A DNA stretch of 64,000 bases from an uncultured Desulfobacter sp. (GTDB taxonomy: Bacteria > Desulfobacterota > Desulfobacteria > Desulfobacterales > Desulfobacteraceae), in NCBI GenBank assembly GCA_963665095.1, contig OY762069.1, forward strand, positions 5,344,001 to 5,408,000, read 5' to 3'. The notes under the pieces were generated by a model. The model was not told where the DNA came from, ran no database searches, and saw nothing but the letters and a program-made list of their open reading frames with translations. Positions 1 to 10,502 of the stretch are shown piece by piece. Each line of letters starts with the position of its first letter. Within the stretch, counting starts at the first letter, position 1. The position numbers and the translations under genes were made by a program.

Positions 1-636
1 GTTGGCGTTATCCCGGACAGGGCTGTGCCGGAAGGCGCCATGACACAGCCGGCAGTAATGCCTGAATACACCGTGGTCCGGCCTTCGGAAGGCTCTTTGT
101 GGACGGCTCAGAACCGGTTTCTGCTGGATGATACCAAGGCCGCCTATGTCGGAGATACAGTGATTGTTGATATTGTTGAAAATGCGTCATCTGCCATGGA
201 GGTGAACTCAGACGGGTCCAGGTCCACCAGCATGGAAATAGGGGTTCCCACGCTGAATTTATTGGGAAAACTGACAAATTTTGGTGGGAAGGGTGATGAT
301 AAGCTGGTGGGTACCAGTTTTGATAATTCCACTGAAGGAAAGGCCACAAGCGACCGGAACGGGCAGGTGACGGCCTCTATTTCAGCCCGGGTCACAGAGG
401 TGCTGCCCAATGGTAATTTGAGCATTTTCGGGAGGCGGGCTATGAAGGTGGACAATGAGGTGGAGTATATCATGGTGTCCGGGATTGTCCGGCCCGATGA
501 TATTGATTCTGACAACCGGGTGCAGTCCACCTCCCTTGCCGATGCCCGCATCGAGTATTACGGCAAAGGGGCTCTGGCGGACAAGCAAAAACCTGGCTGG
601 GGCACACGCATTATAGATAATGTCTGGCCCTGGTGA
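1..636 (+). CDS. flgH: Flagellar basal body L-ring protein (5' truncated by window edge)
   Basis: Frame open from base 1; motifs D.KA..VGD.V.V.I.E, ISARVTEVLPNGNL, SGIVRPDDI..DN.V.S..LADARIEY.G.G, C-terminal PGW..RIIDNVWPW; precedes flgI. Confidence 0.95.
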   Translation, partial: VGVIPDRAVPEGAMTQPAVMPEYTVVRPSEGSLWTAQNRFLLDDTKAAYVGDTVIVDIVENASSAMEVNSDGSRSTSMEIGVPTLNLLGKLTNFGGKGDDKLVGTSFDNSTEGKATSDRNGQVTASISARVTEVLPNGNLSIFGRRAMKVDNEVEYIMVSGIVRPDDIDSDNRVQSTSLADARIEYYGKGALADKQKPGWGTRIIDNVWPW

Positions 637-661
637 TAATGTGAAAAAAGGAGCAGGTGAC

Positions 662-1687
662 ATGGACCGGATGGTGAAAAAAACGTGGATCAGTTTTTGG
701 GTTCTGTTGCTTTTTGGGGGTCTGATTGAACCCGCATCAGCCTCCCGCATCAAGGATATGGCCGCTATCCAGGGAGTTCGTTCCAATCAGCTCACCGGAT
801 ACGGCCTTGTTGTCGGACTCAACGGCACCGGAGATAAGAACAATATCCTGTTTACCCGCCAGTCCCTGACCAATATGCTTAAAAAGATGAACCTTCATTT
901 TAACAAGAGCCAGATCAAGGTGAAGAATGTGGCAGCGGTCATGGCCACAGCTGAAATTCCCCCCTTTGCACGGATCGGGGACCGCATTGATATTACGGTT
1001 TCCTCTCTAGGGGATGCCACCAGTCTGAAAGGGGGCACCCTTTTGATTATGCCCCTTAAAGGGGTTGACGGAAATGTCTACGCCATTGCACAGGGGGCAG
1101 TGAGTCTTGCCATTCCGGCCGGCACGGGGGATCGGAACAGCCATCTGCTCGTGGCCCGGATTATTAACGGGGCTAGCGTGGAGCGCGAGATTCCATTTCA
1201 TCTGGAAGGCAAAAAACAACTGACCCTGTCTTTGTTCCGGTCTGATTTCACCACAGCCCGGCGGGTGGCAGACACCATCAATGCGGCTCTAGGGGAGGGC
1301 ATTGCCCAGACCATTGACGCCAGTGCCATCTCTTTGAATGTGCCTGAGTCCATGCAAAAGGAGCATGTGGCGGAGTTCATTGCCGATGTGGAGGGGCTCT
1401 CCGTGGTGCCGGACACCATTGCCAAGGTGGTCATCAACGAAAAGACCGGTACCGTGGTTATTGGCAGTGAGGTAACCATCTCAAGCGTGGCAGTGGCCCA
1501 TGGGGATTTAAATGTGGTGATCCAGGGACAACCGCCCCAATACCTGATGGAGCTGCCCGGAACCTCCACCATTGGGGAGCTGGTCAACGGACTCAACTCC
1601 TTAGGGGTGCGTCCCCGGGACCTGATCAGCATCCTGGAGAGTATCAAGGCAGCAGGGGCGTTGCAGGCAAAACTGGAAATACTATAA
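662..1687 (+). CDS. flgI: Flagellar basal body P-ring protein
   Basis: Signal peptide then SRIKD...GVRSNQLTGYGLVVGLNGTGD, KNVAAVMATA, GDATSLKGGTL, AGALQAKL; ATG 662 follows AGGAG/AGGTG (ORF track starts at 620). Confidence 0.95.
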   Translation: MDRMVKKTWISFWVLLLFGGLIEPASASRIKDMAAIQGVRSNQLTGYGLVVGLNGTGDKNNILFTRQSLTNMLKKMNLHFNKSQIKVKNVAAVMATAEIPPFARIGDRIDITVSSLGDATSLKGGTLLIMPLKGVDGNVYAIAQGAVSLAIPAGTGDRNSHLLVARIINGASVEREIPFHLEGKKQLTLSLFRSDFTTARRVADTINAALGEGIAQTIDASAISLNVPESMQKEHVAEFIADVEGLSVVPDTIAKVVINEKTGTVVIGSEVTISSVAVAHGDLNVVIQGQPPQYLMELPGTSTIGELVNGLNSLGVRPRDLISILESIKAAGALQAKLEIL

Positions 1688-1734
1688 TTTAATTGGGGTC
1701 AGAGTAAAATTAAATTGCTAATTGGAGAGGATTT

Positions 1735-2046
1735 ATGACAATTCAGATGCCTGCAGCATTGACTCCTTTCACTGAGGTTCAGGATGCCGCTGAAACGGCT
1801 GAGCAGCTTAAACGGGAAAAAGACCTTGAAAAAGCCTGCCAGGGGTTTGAGGCTCTGATGCTCAATACCCTGATGAAAGCCATGCGGGCCACCCTGCCTG
1901 GAGACAGCCTGTTTCCTGAGAGCAATGCCAATGACATTTACCAGTCCCTGCACGATCAGTATTTAACGGACCATCTGACCCAGGAAGGACAACAGGTGAC
2001 CGGGTTTAAAGAATTTTTATACCGGCAGCTCCAGGATTCGGTTTAA
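1735..2046 (+). CDS. flgJ: Single-domain FlgJ / rod-binding protein (no muramidase domain)
   Basis: LEKACQGFEALML..LMKAMRAT motif and LYRQL end; GGAGAGG RBS; position after flgI. Confidence 0.85.
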   Translation: MTIQMPAALTPFTEVQDAAETAEQLKREKDLEKACQGFEALMLNTLMKAMRATLPGDSLFPESNANDIYQSLHDQYLTDHLTQEGQQVTGFKEFLYRQLQDSV

Positions 2047-2143
2047 GTCCGGATATCCCTTCGCATAATCTATTTCTACCGGTAGCCCTTTTTCAATATT
2101 CCTCTTTTTTTATCGCCATTTGCCATCCTGCCTTACCTGACCA

Positions 2144-2159
2144 TGGCATAATAGTTGCT
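2144..2159 (+). promoter_or_regulatory. Sigma54 (-24/-12) promoter for flgN-flgK-flgL-csrA-fliW
   Basis: TGGCATAATAGTTGCT: GG-N10-GC spacing, about 113 nt upstream of the flgN start. Confidence 0.75.
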
Positions 2160-2272
2160 CTTTATCTCCTTATAAAACATGAAAAACGGAAAAACTTTCC
2201 GTATTCTAAAGATGAGCGGTGTTTTAATTATTTGATATCATAGATGATATTAATAAGCCAAGGAGGATAAAC

Positions 2273-2776
2273 ATGGAAAAAGTTGCCGACAGGATTCAGC
2301 AGATGCTTCAGGAAAAATTTGCCTGTTACCAGCAGCTTCGCCTGGTGCTGGAAGCTGAAAAAAAGGCAATCGGCGCCATAGACCTTGGCACAATCTGGGA
2401 TACTACCAGATCCAAAAAAGAGCTGGCAGGAAAAATTGAAGAGATACGCAGTCAGCTTCGTTCAACCTGCCAGGACAGTTTTTCAGGGATGAAGATTGGT
2501 TCGGAACCTTTTTCTCTGGCATCACTGGTCAATGAGCTGCCCCTTTCCGGTAAAACCAAAGCAGGTTTGAGAAGAATCAAACGGGCCATTGACGAGGAAA
2601 AGGATCAGGTGGCCCATTTGGCAAAATTTAATCAGATTCAGGTTCGGAAATACCTTTCTGTGGTGGATGATATCATGTCTATGATCGGAAGCAATGCCGG
2701 TCAGTCCAGGTACACAGGAAGAGGCATGGTGACCCAGGAAAGAAAGAATAACTGCCTGTTCAGAGCCGAGGTATAA
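2273..2776 (+). CDS. flgN: Flagellar export chaperone FlgN
   Basis: Helical 167-aa protein directly upstream of flgK; Y..L...L..EK.AI pattern, C-terminal Y...G; AAGGAGG RBS. Confidence 0.75.
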   Translation: MEKVADRIQQMLQEKFACYQQLRLVLEAEKKAIGAIDLGTIWDTTRSKKELAGKIEEIRSQLRSTCQDSFSGMKIGSEPFSLASLVNELPLSGKTKAGLRRIKRAIDEEKDQVAHLAKFNQIQVRKYLSVVDDIMSMIGSNAGQSRYTGRGMVTQERKNNCLFRAEV

Positions 2777-2777
2777 T

Positions 2778-5700
2778 ATGGCCGGCCTGTCATCCACCCT
2801 TAATATTGCCAAAATGGGCCTAAGCGCCCAGCAGTACGGACTCAATGTTACGGGTAACAATATTGCCAATGTAAATAATGAGGATTACAGCCTTCAAAAT
2901 GCCGATCACACCACTACAGGGACCATGTCCTATGGCGGACACCTGCTTGGCACCGGCGTGGATGTGGAGCAGGTGGAGCAGCAGGTGGATCAGCTTCTGG
3001 AAAACCGGCTCACCGGCGAAACCTCAACCCTGGCGGCCCTGGAAGAGGCAGAGTCCTATGTTACTATTCTTGAAGGATATTTTGATGAAAGTTCGGATTC
3101 CAGCCTTACGTCTGTGCTCAGTGAGTTCTGGAATGCCTGGCATGATCTGGCTGACAATCCCATCGGATCTGCGGAACGCGGCCTTGTCTATGAGCAGGCC
3201 CAGCTGCTGGCCGACCGCTTCAATACCATTGCCGAAGATCTTGACAGTCTGACCCAGGATCTGACCAACGAGATCTCTTCCACGGTGGCAGATGTTAACA
3301 CCCTGGCTGAAGAGATTGCCCGGCTCAATTACGAAATAAAGAAGATTGAATCCAGCGGCACCGCCAATGACCTGAGGGACCAGAGAAATGCACTCATTGA
3401 TGAGCTGGCGCAGCTGGTCAATGTGGATATTATCCAGGAGGGTGACGGGGACCTGATTATTAATGTGGCCAACGGAGCCCCTCTGGTCAACGGAATCAAT
3501 GCCTACAGCCTCTCCATGGACCAGGGTCAGGTGATGTGGCAGGGATCATCCGGGTATGAAATGGACATCACTGATGATATCTCCGGAGGCAAACTGTGCG
3601 GCTGGCTGGATATCCGGGATCAAACTATTCCTAAATACAGAGCAGAGATAGATGAGCTGGCATCGGAGATGATATGGGCCATTAATTACCAGCAGTCCCA
3701 GGGTGTGGGGCTGACCTATTACACGGGCACGCTCACCGGGGCCTATTCCGTGGACGACTCGGGATGGCTCTCTTCATACGATTTTGGCAATAAAATTAAT
3801 TACGACGGCGATGTCACCGTGTGGATACAGGACACGTCTGAAGCTGAAACCGCCTTCCGGCAAATTATGGTGGACATGGGCATCTCCTCGGCAGACACCA
3901 CTGACTGGAGGGGCATCGAACCCGGCGGCGACCAGGCGAGCTATGAACTTACTGTGGTGGATGCAGGGGATGTGGGGGATAAAACCGTATCCCAGACCAG
4001 CGGTGACTATCTGGCTCAGATCATCAGCACCACTTCCGGCGGGGCCACTTCTGCCATTGACAATATCCTGGCCGAGCAGACCATTTCCTTTTACAACACC
4101 TCCACGGGGACCCAGACCATTAAAGTGGCTGATTCCAACGGGGATGCCAAGCGGTCGGCCGCTGATATTGCCGAAGCCATGAACGCCATTGACGGGGTGG
4201 AGGCGTATGCATCTGTCAACTCCGTGGAGTTTGATATCTCAGGGATTGCCGGCACTGCAGATGACGGGGATGAGGTGAAGTATTCCCTGTATGTGGACGG
4301 CATTGTGTATGAGCAAAGTTTTATTGTGGATTCAGGCGTTGGTACCCTGGCTGAACAGTTTGAAGACTCCCTGGTGGATGCGGCCCAGGCTCTTAATGAC
4401 CTGAATGAGGACACAGACCTCTATGCCGACGGCCTTGTTATTACAAGCGATAAGGGCGCTACCCTGGGCATCCAGGATTTTGAAGTCCAGGATAACGCCG
4501 GAATTCAGCTGGATACCTTTACCAATTTTAATAACACCGATATCGTCACCTGGACCATTACCACAGACGGAGTGCCCACCACCAATACAGATATCAGTGT
4601 GGATCTGACCAATGTCAATGATGCCACAGACCAGGGCGAAATGGCCTCTGTCTTTTACAGTGCCCTGGCCGGTGCCCTTGATGAAGATACCTTTTCAGTG
4701 ACGCTGGATTCCGATAACAATGCCGTGATTATCCGTACCCTTGACGGATCCAATATCACCCTGCAGGCAGCCGGTAATGACACCGGGGATGATGCCACAG
4801 TGAATCTGACCAACCTTGCAGGCACCGGGGCTGCGTCCGGCAACAGCATCCTTGATTTCAACGCCGGGGCCAGTGATGTGGAAATTTTTGATTCCATCAC
4901 AACATCGGCCGCCACCCTTGGTTTTTCCATTCCGGGGTCCGGGTCCACGGCCATGGCCGGCACCACCTCCGTGATTACGGAAATTTCTTATACCGGGGCC
5001 GGTGCCACCACCGCTGCAGCCATCATGTCCACCATCACTATCCTGACAGATGAGGGCATTACCATTAAATCCAATTCCCGGGATGCCCTGGGGCTTTTCG
5101 GCTCCTCAGGCGTGGCCACCACCGGCAGTTCCATTATGACCCTGGGGGGCGAAGACGGATTTGAGGGCTTTGATGCCGGAGACACCATTACATTTGAGGT
5201 GGACGGCAACCTTGTGGACATCACCGTATCCACAGCTGCCGGAGCCACCACCGATTATGCCCTGGCAGGGTTGCTGATGACGGAGCTGTCCGCGGACCTG
5301 GCAGGCTTGCCCTACACCATTGTGCGGAACGGCAATTCCGTTTCCATTATCAAAGACACGGACGAGGAAGACCCCATTGCCATTACCGGATTTACGGACG
5401 CCACCACTGCCGATGCCATATTGTCTGTTTCTACGGGCACGGGCACCGGTACCGAGGACCCTGATAACGGGCAACTGGAATCCGGCAATGAATACAGAGA
5501 TTTTTCCACCTCATCCCTGTACGATGACGAGGCGGTAATCTACTGGCAGAAACGGGGTATAGACGGGCTTTATACCGGCGAGTCAGGGCTGGTCACCGTC
5601 TCGAATGAGGGCTTGGTGGAAATAGTGGAAAGCGGGGTGACCACACTCTCCTTTGAAATTTCCGGCGGCAGCCTTGTGGCGGGGAATACACTTACCGTCA

Positions 5701-7022
5701 ACACCGATGAAAACGGGGAAGTAGATCCCCTGGATTTCACCATCACCAATACCGCCAACAGCGTGAATGATATCTATACCTTTGAGGTGGTCTCCGGCGG
5801 CACCGTCGGGCATGTGGGAGAAGAGGACCTGGTGATTCAGTGGTCCAATTCTGTTTCTTCGGGCACCTTTGTTATTGAGGGGGATGATCCCCCCAAAACT
5901 CCGGCATCTCCGGTGGAGGTGACCGTGGACGGCATGACCTTAAGTTTTTATGACGGCACCCTGTTTACAGGGGATGTCTTCACCATCACCACGGATGAGA
6001 CCGGCACGCCTCTGTCCACCAATGAAAATGGAAAGTATACCGGTGAAACCATGTCAGACTGGCACTGGACCCTGGATTCCTTTGTGGATCAGTTTAACAG
6101 GGATGCCGGCGGGCTTACTGCCACGGTCAATGGCCAGAATCAGCTGGAGATTTCGGCTTCTGATGATTATCACGTGATTGAGGATATGATCTATTCAGGT
6201 TCAAACGGATTCAGTGCGGATAATGTCTCCATGGAAGTCCTTAATTATGCGGCCCTGGATTTTTCCGCCTATGACTTTACGTTTATCCGCGACGACGACG
6301 GCTCCTGGGGGATTTTGAATGATGCCACCGGCGGAGTAGCCCAGATTATTCCTGAAGGGGGAAACGACAGCGAATTTGAGGTGGACCTGAATGGCGACGG
6401 GATCGGGGATCTGAAGATAGAATTTTCCAAGGATGTTTACGGAGAAGGCTATATTCAGTTTGACCTGGTGGCCAGAGACGCCTCTGATATCGGCTTTGCC
6501 TGTGGAGATGACAGTGCCACTGCATCAGGATTGTTGGCTGCTGCCGGTATCAACACCTTTTACGAAGGGGCGGATGCGTCCGGAATGACGGTCAATACAC
6601 TGATGGCAAACACCAACTATATTGCCGCAGGGGTTATTGACAGCGAAACCGGGGAGATCACAGAAGGGGATAACAGTAACGCCACAGCCTTTGCCGATCT
6701 TCAGTACGAATCTTTGACCATGAAAGAGTGGACCTATGTCAGAGGGTCGGAAGCGATGTCCAGCCTCACCGAGGCAACCCTGGATGAGTATTACCAGACC
6801 ATGATCGCTGCTTTAGGGCTTGAGTCCAGCGCCATTCAGGGCTCCAGAGAGTTTGCCAAGCTTATGGTGGAGCAGCTTACCGAACAGCGAAATGCCGTGT
6901 CTGCGGTATCCCTGGATGAAGAGATGGTGAACCTGATCAAATACCAGCAGGCCTATTCTGCAGCATCAAAGTTGCTGACAACCGCAGATGAGATGCTCGA
7001 TACCCTGCTGTCCATAAGGTAG
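2778..7022 (+). CDS. flgK: Hook-associated protein 1, unusually large (1414 aa)
   Basis: N-terminal LNIAKMGLSAQQYGLNVTGNNIANVN, ANDLRDQR..LIDELA, C-terminal VSAVSLDEEMVNLIKYQQAYSAASK. Confidence 0.95.
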   Translation: MAGLSSTLNIAKMGLSAQQYGLNVTGNNIANVNNEDYSLQNADHTTTGTMSYGGHLLGTGVDVEQVEQQVDQLLENRLTGETSTLAALEEAESYVTILEGYFDESSDSSLTSVLSEFWNAWHDLADNPIGSAERGLVYEQAQLLADRFNTIAEDLDSLTQDLTNEISSTVADVNTLAEEIARLNYEIKKIESSGTANDLRDQRNALIDELAQLVNVDIIQEGDGDLIINVANGAPLVNGINAYSLSMDQGQVMWQGSSGYEMDITDDISGGKLCGWLDIRDQTIPKYRAEIDELASEMIWAINYQQSQGVGLTYYTGTLTGAYSVDDSGWLSSYDFGNKINYDGDVTVWIQDTSEAETAFRQIMVDMGISSADTTDWRGIEPGGDQASYELTVVDAGDVGDKTVSQTSGDYLAQIISTTSGGATSAIDNILAEQTISFYNTSTGTQTIKVADSNGDAKRSAADIAEAMNAIDGVEAYASVNSVEFDISGIAGTADDGDEVKYSLYVDGIVYEQSFIVDSGVGTLAEQFEDSLVDAAQALNDLNEDTDLYADGLVITSDKGATLGIQDFEVQDNAGIQLDTFTNFNNTDIVTWTITTDGVPTTNTDISVDLTNVNDATDQGEMASVFYSALAGALDEDTFSVTLDSDNNAVIIRTLDGSNITLQAAGNDTGDDATVNLTNLAGTGAASGNSILDFNAGASDVEIFDSITTSAATLGFSIPGSGSTAMAGTTSVITEISYTGAGATTAAAIMSTITILTDEGITIKSNSRDALGLFGSSGVATTGSSIMTLGGEDGFEGFDAGDTITFEVDGNLVDITVSTAAGATTDYALAGLLMTELSADLAGLPYTIVRNGNSVSIIKDTDEEDPIAITGFTDATTADAILSVSTGTGTGTEDPDNGQLESGNEYRDFSTSSLYDDEAVIYWQKRGIDGLYTGESGLVTVSNEGLVEIVESGVTTLSFEISGGSLVAGNTLTVNTDENGEVDPLDFTITNTANSVNDIYTFEVVSGGTVGHVGEEDLVIQWSNSVSSGTFVIEGDDPPKTPASPVEVTVDGMTLSFYDGTLFTGDVFTITTDETGTPLSTNENGKYTGETMSDWHWTLDSFVDQFNRDAGGLTATVNGQNQLEISASDDYHVIEDMIYSGSNGFSADNVSMEVLNYAALDFSAYDFTFIRDDDGSWGILNDATGGVAQIIPEGGNDSEFEVDLNGDGIGDLKIEFSKDVYGEGYIQFDLVARDASDIGFACGDDSATASGLLAAAGINTFYEGADASGMTVNTLMANTNYIAAGVIDSETGEITEGDNSNATAFADLQYESLTMKEWTYVRGSEAMSSLTEATLDEYYQTMIAALGLESSAIQGSREFAKLMVEQLTEQRNAVSAVSLDEEMVNLIKYQQAYSAASKLLTTADEMLDTLLSIR

Positions 7023-7037
7023 CCGCAAGGAGGAAAG

Positions 7038-9359
7038 ATGAGAGTTCCTACTATATCGCTTTACAGCAAGACGACCTATCAGCTTAACGGGCTGACCACC
7101 GACCTCAGTGACGCCAACGAGGTCATGGCCACACAGAAGCAGATCAATTCCATTTCTGATGATCCCATTGGCATGGCCCAGGTGTTAGGAATCCAGGAGA
7201 GCCTGGATTCCCTTGAACAGTACAGCACCAATATTGACATGGGCATTACCTGGCTGAACGGGGTGGAGGAATCCCTGGATTCAGTTCAGGAGCAGATCCT
7301 GGAGATGAAAACCCTGTGTCTGCAGCTGGCCAATGCCTCGGTGAGTGCATCGGAGCGCGCCGATGCTGTGGAGACCATTGAAGGTAAAATCGACCAGATT
7401 CTGAATCTGATGAATACCCAGGTTAACGGGTCATACATTTTCGGGGGTACGGATACCAATACCATCCCCTTTGCCTATGATGATCCGGATAACCCCACCA
7501 GTGTGATTTATCTGGGGAATTCTGAGGCCTTTACTATCACCAACAGTGAAACCTCTCAAGTTGAAGTGGGCCGGGACGGCAGCGAGGTGCTTACCGAGGA
7601 CCGGATCATTGTGGATTCCACCAACAACAAGATCTTTTTTGAGGAAGATCCCGGAGACGGTGAGAATGCCAAGGTGATTCTGGAGGCCACCATTCCTGAT
7701 GGGGACTACACCAAAGAAGAGCTGGCTGTGGTGGTGCAGAACGCCATGACCCGGATCTCCACGGATGAAGGATATGGGGTGACCTATATGGTGAGTTATG
7801 ATGCAGATGCGGATACCTTTTCCTTTATTAATGACGGGGCCTATGAGGGATATATGGGATTTACCCTGCTCTGGGAGTCCGGCGAAGATCCTCAGATCGG
7901 CAACATCACCACGGACGGGATTTTGCTTGAAGGGGTGGATATTGAACTGGTGGACGGGAATGCCCTGATCTATGAAACTCCTGAACCGGACGGGACAGCA
8001 CCGGTACGCCTGACCTGGGATGAAGACGATGGCGTCTGGAACGTGGTCAATGATCCGGGGTATAATCTGCCTCTTCAAATAGACGGTTCTGACTCTCATG
8101 TGGAACTGGATCTTACCGGAAACGGGGTGGCCGACATTGTGATCAACCTGGAGTCAGCGGCAGAGGATGGCGGATATATTGAGTTTGACATCACTGCGGC
8201 ATCCAACGAGCAGAGCATCGGGCCTGACATGGGATTTACTTCGGATGTGAGTTATACGCCGCCTCTTTCTGATTCTGCGGTTGTGCTTAAATCCTTTGAC
8301 AGCACAAATAATGTGATTGATTTCATAGAGGTAACAAGTTCTGGCACATCTTCTCAGCTCAGTGCGGCCATTCCTGCCGGAGACTATTCCAACATGGAAA
8401 CCCTGGCCGCCACCATTGAAACTGCCATGGAAAGGGCTTCGGCCAATGATGCGAACTATGAAGTGACCTATAGCTGGGATTCCGGAACCTTTACCATTGA
8501 GGAGGCAGGTACCACACTGACCGAGCTGCAGCTTTTATGGGGCACAGGCACCAATGCCGTCAACAGCGCGGCTTCTCAGTTGGGGTTTGACCCCATAGAC
8601 GATATCACTCCTGCTGCCACCGGCTATACCGGGGACAACCAGGTGGCACTTTTTACCATCACAGCAGACAGCAACGATAAAATAAATTTCAAGGAGATTC
8701 TTCCAGGCTTATCCGGTGAAGATGTATCGGAACTGACAGCCACGATTCCGGCCGGGACCTACTATGATACTCAAAGTTTTGCAAGGGCTGTGGAAGATGC
8801 CCTGGAAGATGCCTCTGCCGCAGACGGCAACAGGGTTGACTATGACGTCACATATGATTATAACAGTGGCACGTTCAGTATTGAAGAAGATGGTACTTTG
8901 GGCCGCAAGCTGGAGGATTTCCAGCTGTTGTGGAAAAGCGGTTCTGATGCAGGTGAAAGTGCCGCCCAGGTCTTAGGATTTTCCGAAACAGATGTCTCTG
9001 CAACCCCCATTGAAGGGGATACAGCCACCTGGGGGATTTTTGAAACCCTGTTTGATCTGAAAGAGTATCTGGCATCAGATGATGTGGATGGGATTCAGCG
9101 GACCCTGACCCGTCTTGACAACCATTATAACAGTATTACATCAACACTTGCAGATACCGGTATCAAGTACAACCGGCTGGAAGTCAGTCAGCAGGTAATT
9201 TTGGAAAGTACAAACAGTCTGACAGAAAGAAAATCAATGATTGAGGATGCGGATTATATTGAGGCAACCATGAATTTAACAGCCATCCAGACAGCATATG
9301 AGGCGTCATTGAATTCGACGGCTAAAATTATTAATGTCAGCCTGGTAGATTATTTATAG
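7038..9359 (+). CDS. flgL: Hook-associated protein 3, enlarged (773 aa)
   Basis: MRV..., KQINSISDDP, NTQVNGSYIFGGT, C-terminal IEDADY.EA...AYEASL...AKII.VSLVDYL. Confidence 0.95.
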   Translation: MRVPTISLYSKTTYQLNGLTTDLSDANEVMATQKQINSISDDPIGMAQVLGIQESLDSLEQYSTNIDMGITWLNGVEESLDSVQEQILEMKTLCLQLANASVSASERADAVETIEGKIDQILNLMNTQVNGSYIFGGTDTNTIPFAYDDPDNPTSVIYLGNSEAFTITNSETSQVEVGRDGSEVLTEDRIIVDSTNNKIFFEEDPGDGENAKVILEATIPDGDYTKEELAVVVQNAMTRISTDEGYGVTYMVSYDADADTFSFINDGAYEGYMGFTLLWESGEDPQIGNITTDGILLEGVDIELVDGNALIYETPEPDGTAPVRLTWDEDDGVWNVVNDPGYNLPLQIDGSDSHVELDLTGNGVADIVINLESAAEDGGYIEFDITAASNEQSIGPDMGFTSDVSYTPPLSDSAVVLKSFDSTNNVIDFIEVTSSGTSSQLSAAIPAGDYSNMETLAATIETAMERASANDANYEVTYSWDSGTFTIEEAGTTLTELQLLWGTGTNAVNSAASQLGFDPIDDITPAATGYTGDNQVALFTITADSNDKINFKEILPGLSGEDVSELTATIPAGTYYDTQSFARAVEDALEDASAADGNRVDYDVTYDYNSGTFSIEEDGTLGRKLEDFQLLWKSGSDAGESAAQVLGFSETDVSATPIEGDTATWGIFETLFDLKEYLASDDVDGIQRTLTRLDNHYNSITSTLADTGIKYNRLEVSQQVILESTNSLTERKSMIEDADYIEATMNLTAIQTAYEASLNSTAKIINVSLVDYL

Positions 9360-9363
9360 ACCT

Positions 9364-9618
9364 ATGCTTATTCTGACACGAAAAGTTGGTGAGAGTATCG
9401 TCATTGGCAATGATATTATCGTCAAGGTGGTTGAGACCGGCAAAAACAGTATCCGGATAGGAATTGATGCTCCGAGGGAGGTTTCTGTTCTGCGCCAGGA
9501 GGTATTTGACTCCATTCAAAAGGAGAATATCCTCTCCTCTCAAAGTGGTGATAAGCTTGATATTGCACAGGCAGCCAAACTGATCGGCAATAAGGATAAA
9601 GACAAGGAGTCTGAATAA
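9364..9618 (+). CDS. csrA: Carbon storage regulator / translational repressor
   Basis: MLILTRKVGESIVIG...IRIGIDAPREVSVLRQE. Confidence 0.97.
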   Translation: MLILTRKVGESIVIGNDIIVKVVETGKNSIRIGIDAPREVSVLRQEVFDSIQKENILSSQSGDKLDIAQAAKLIGNKDKDKESE

Positions 9619-9624
9619 AGCGTA

Positions 9625-10050
9625 ATGAAAATACAAACAAGACAATTCGGGGAAGTGAATATTGATGATGATAAAATTGTCAATATGCCGGACGGCATTC
9701 CCGGGTTCAGGGAGCAGAAAAGATATGTGGTTCTTGAAAAAAAAGAGACTGCCCCCTTTTATCTGTTTCAATGCGTGGATGACCCGAATCTGGCATTTGT
9801 CGTCATGGACCCGTTGCGGTTTTATCCGGAGTATACGCTGGATGTGAAAGATTTTGACAAGACTATCAAGTGGAAATTTGGAAGGGAAGAGCTGACCTGT
9901 TTTGTGATTGTCACCATCCCCCATGGCAGGCCCCAGGATATGACAGCCAATTTTATGGCACCGCTTGTGATTAATAATGAAAGGAAAGAAGGGATGCAGC
10001 TGATCCTTCAGGACAGCCCCTATTCACATCAGCAGCCGCTTCTGAAGTAG
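9625..10050 (+). CDS. fliW: Flagellar assembly factor FliW (CsrA antagonist)
   Basis: IQTRQFGEV, GIPGF, FQCVDDPNLAF, MTANFMAPLVIN; adjacent to csrA. Confidence 0.95.
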   Translation: MKIQTRQFGEVNIDDDKIVNMPDGIPGFREQKRYVVLEKKETAPFYLFQCVDDPNLAFVVMDPLRFYPEYTLDVKDFDKTIKWKFGREELTCFVIVTIPHGRPQDMTANFMAPLVINNERKEGMQLILQDSPYSHQQPLLK

Positions 10051-10056
10051 ATTCAG

Positions 10057-10479
10057 TTAGACGTCCGCACTGAAAAGAAGGCCTGACAGGTCCTGCATTT
10101 TTTCGCGAAGTTCAAGGATTTCTTCCGCAGGGAACTGCTTTATAATTTCATCGGTCTCTTTATCCAGAATTTTTACTACAATATCTTCGGTCCCGTCATC
10201 AATAGTGAAATTCAGCCTTGTCTGAACGGTGTTGGCAAACTCTTCAAGGGCTTCTACCATCTCTTCGACATCTTTCCGGGTCAGCTGGACAGAATCCCCT
10301 GAATCTTTTTTACTCTGATCTGACGCCTGACGTTCAGTCAGGCTATTCGCCAGAGAGGTCGTCTTTTTTACCTCTGACAGGCTGGTAATTGTCGCACTCT
10401 GTACTTCAGGCGTCTCCTGGCTTTTGACTACAGTTTCCGGTCTGTCGGTATTAATTGCTGCATTTGCTGACACATTCAT
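10057..10479 (-). CDS. flaG: Flagellar protein FlaG
   Basis: LNFTID...DIVVKILDKETDEIIKQFPAEEILEL...GLLF. Confidence 0.93.
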   Translation of the reverse strand: MNVSANAAINTDRPETVVKSQETPEVQSATITSLSEVKKTTSLANSLTERQASDQSKKDSGDSVQLTRKDVEEMVEALEEFANTVQTRLNFTIDDGTEDIVVKILDKETDEIIKQFPAEEILELREKMQDLSGLLFSADV

Positions 10480-10502
10480 GTGCTGCCTCCTTGTTGTGCC
10501 GC

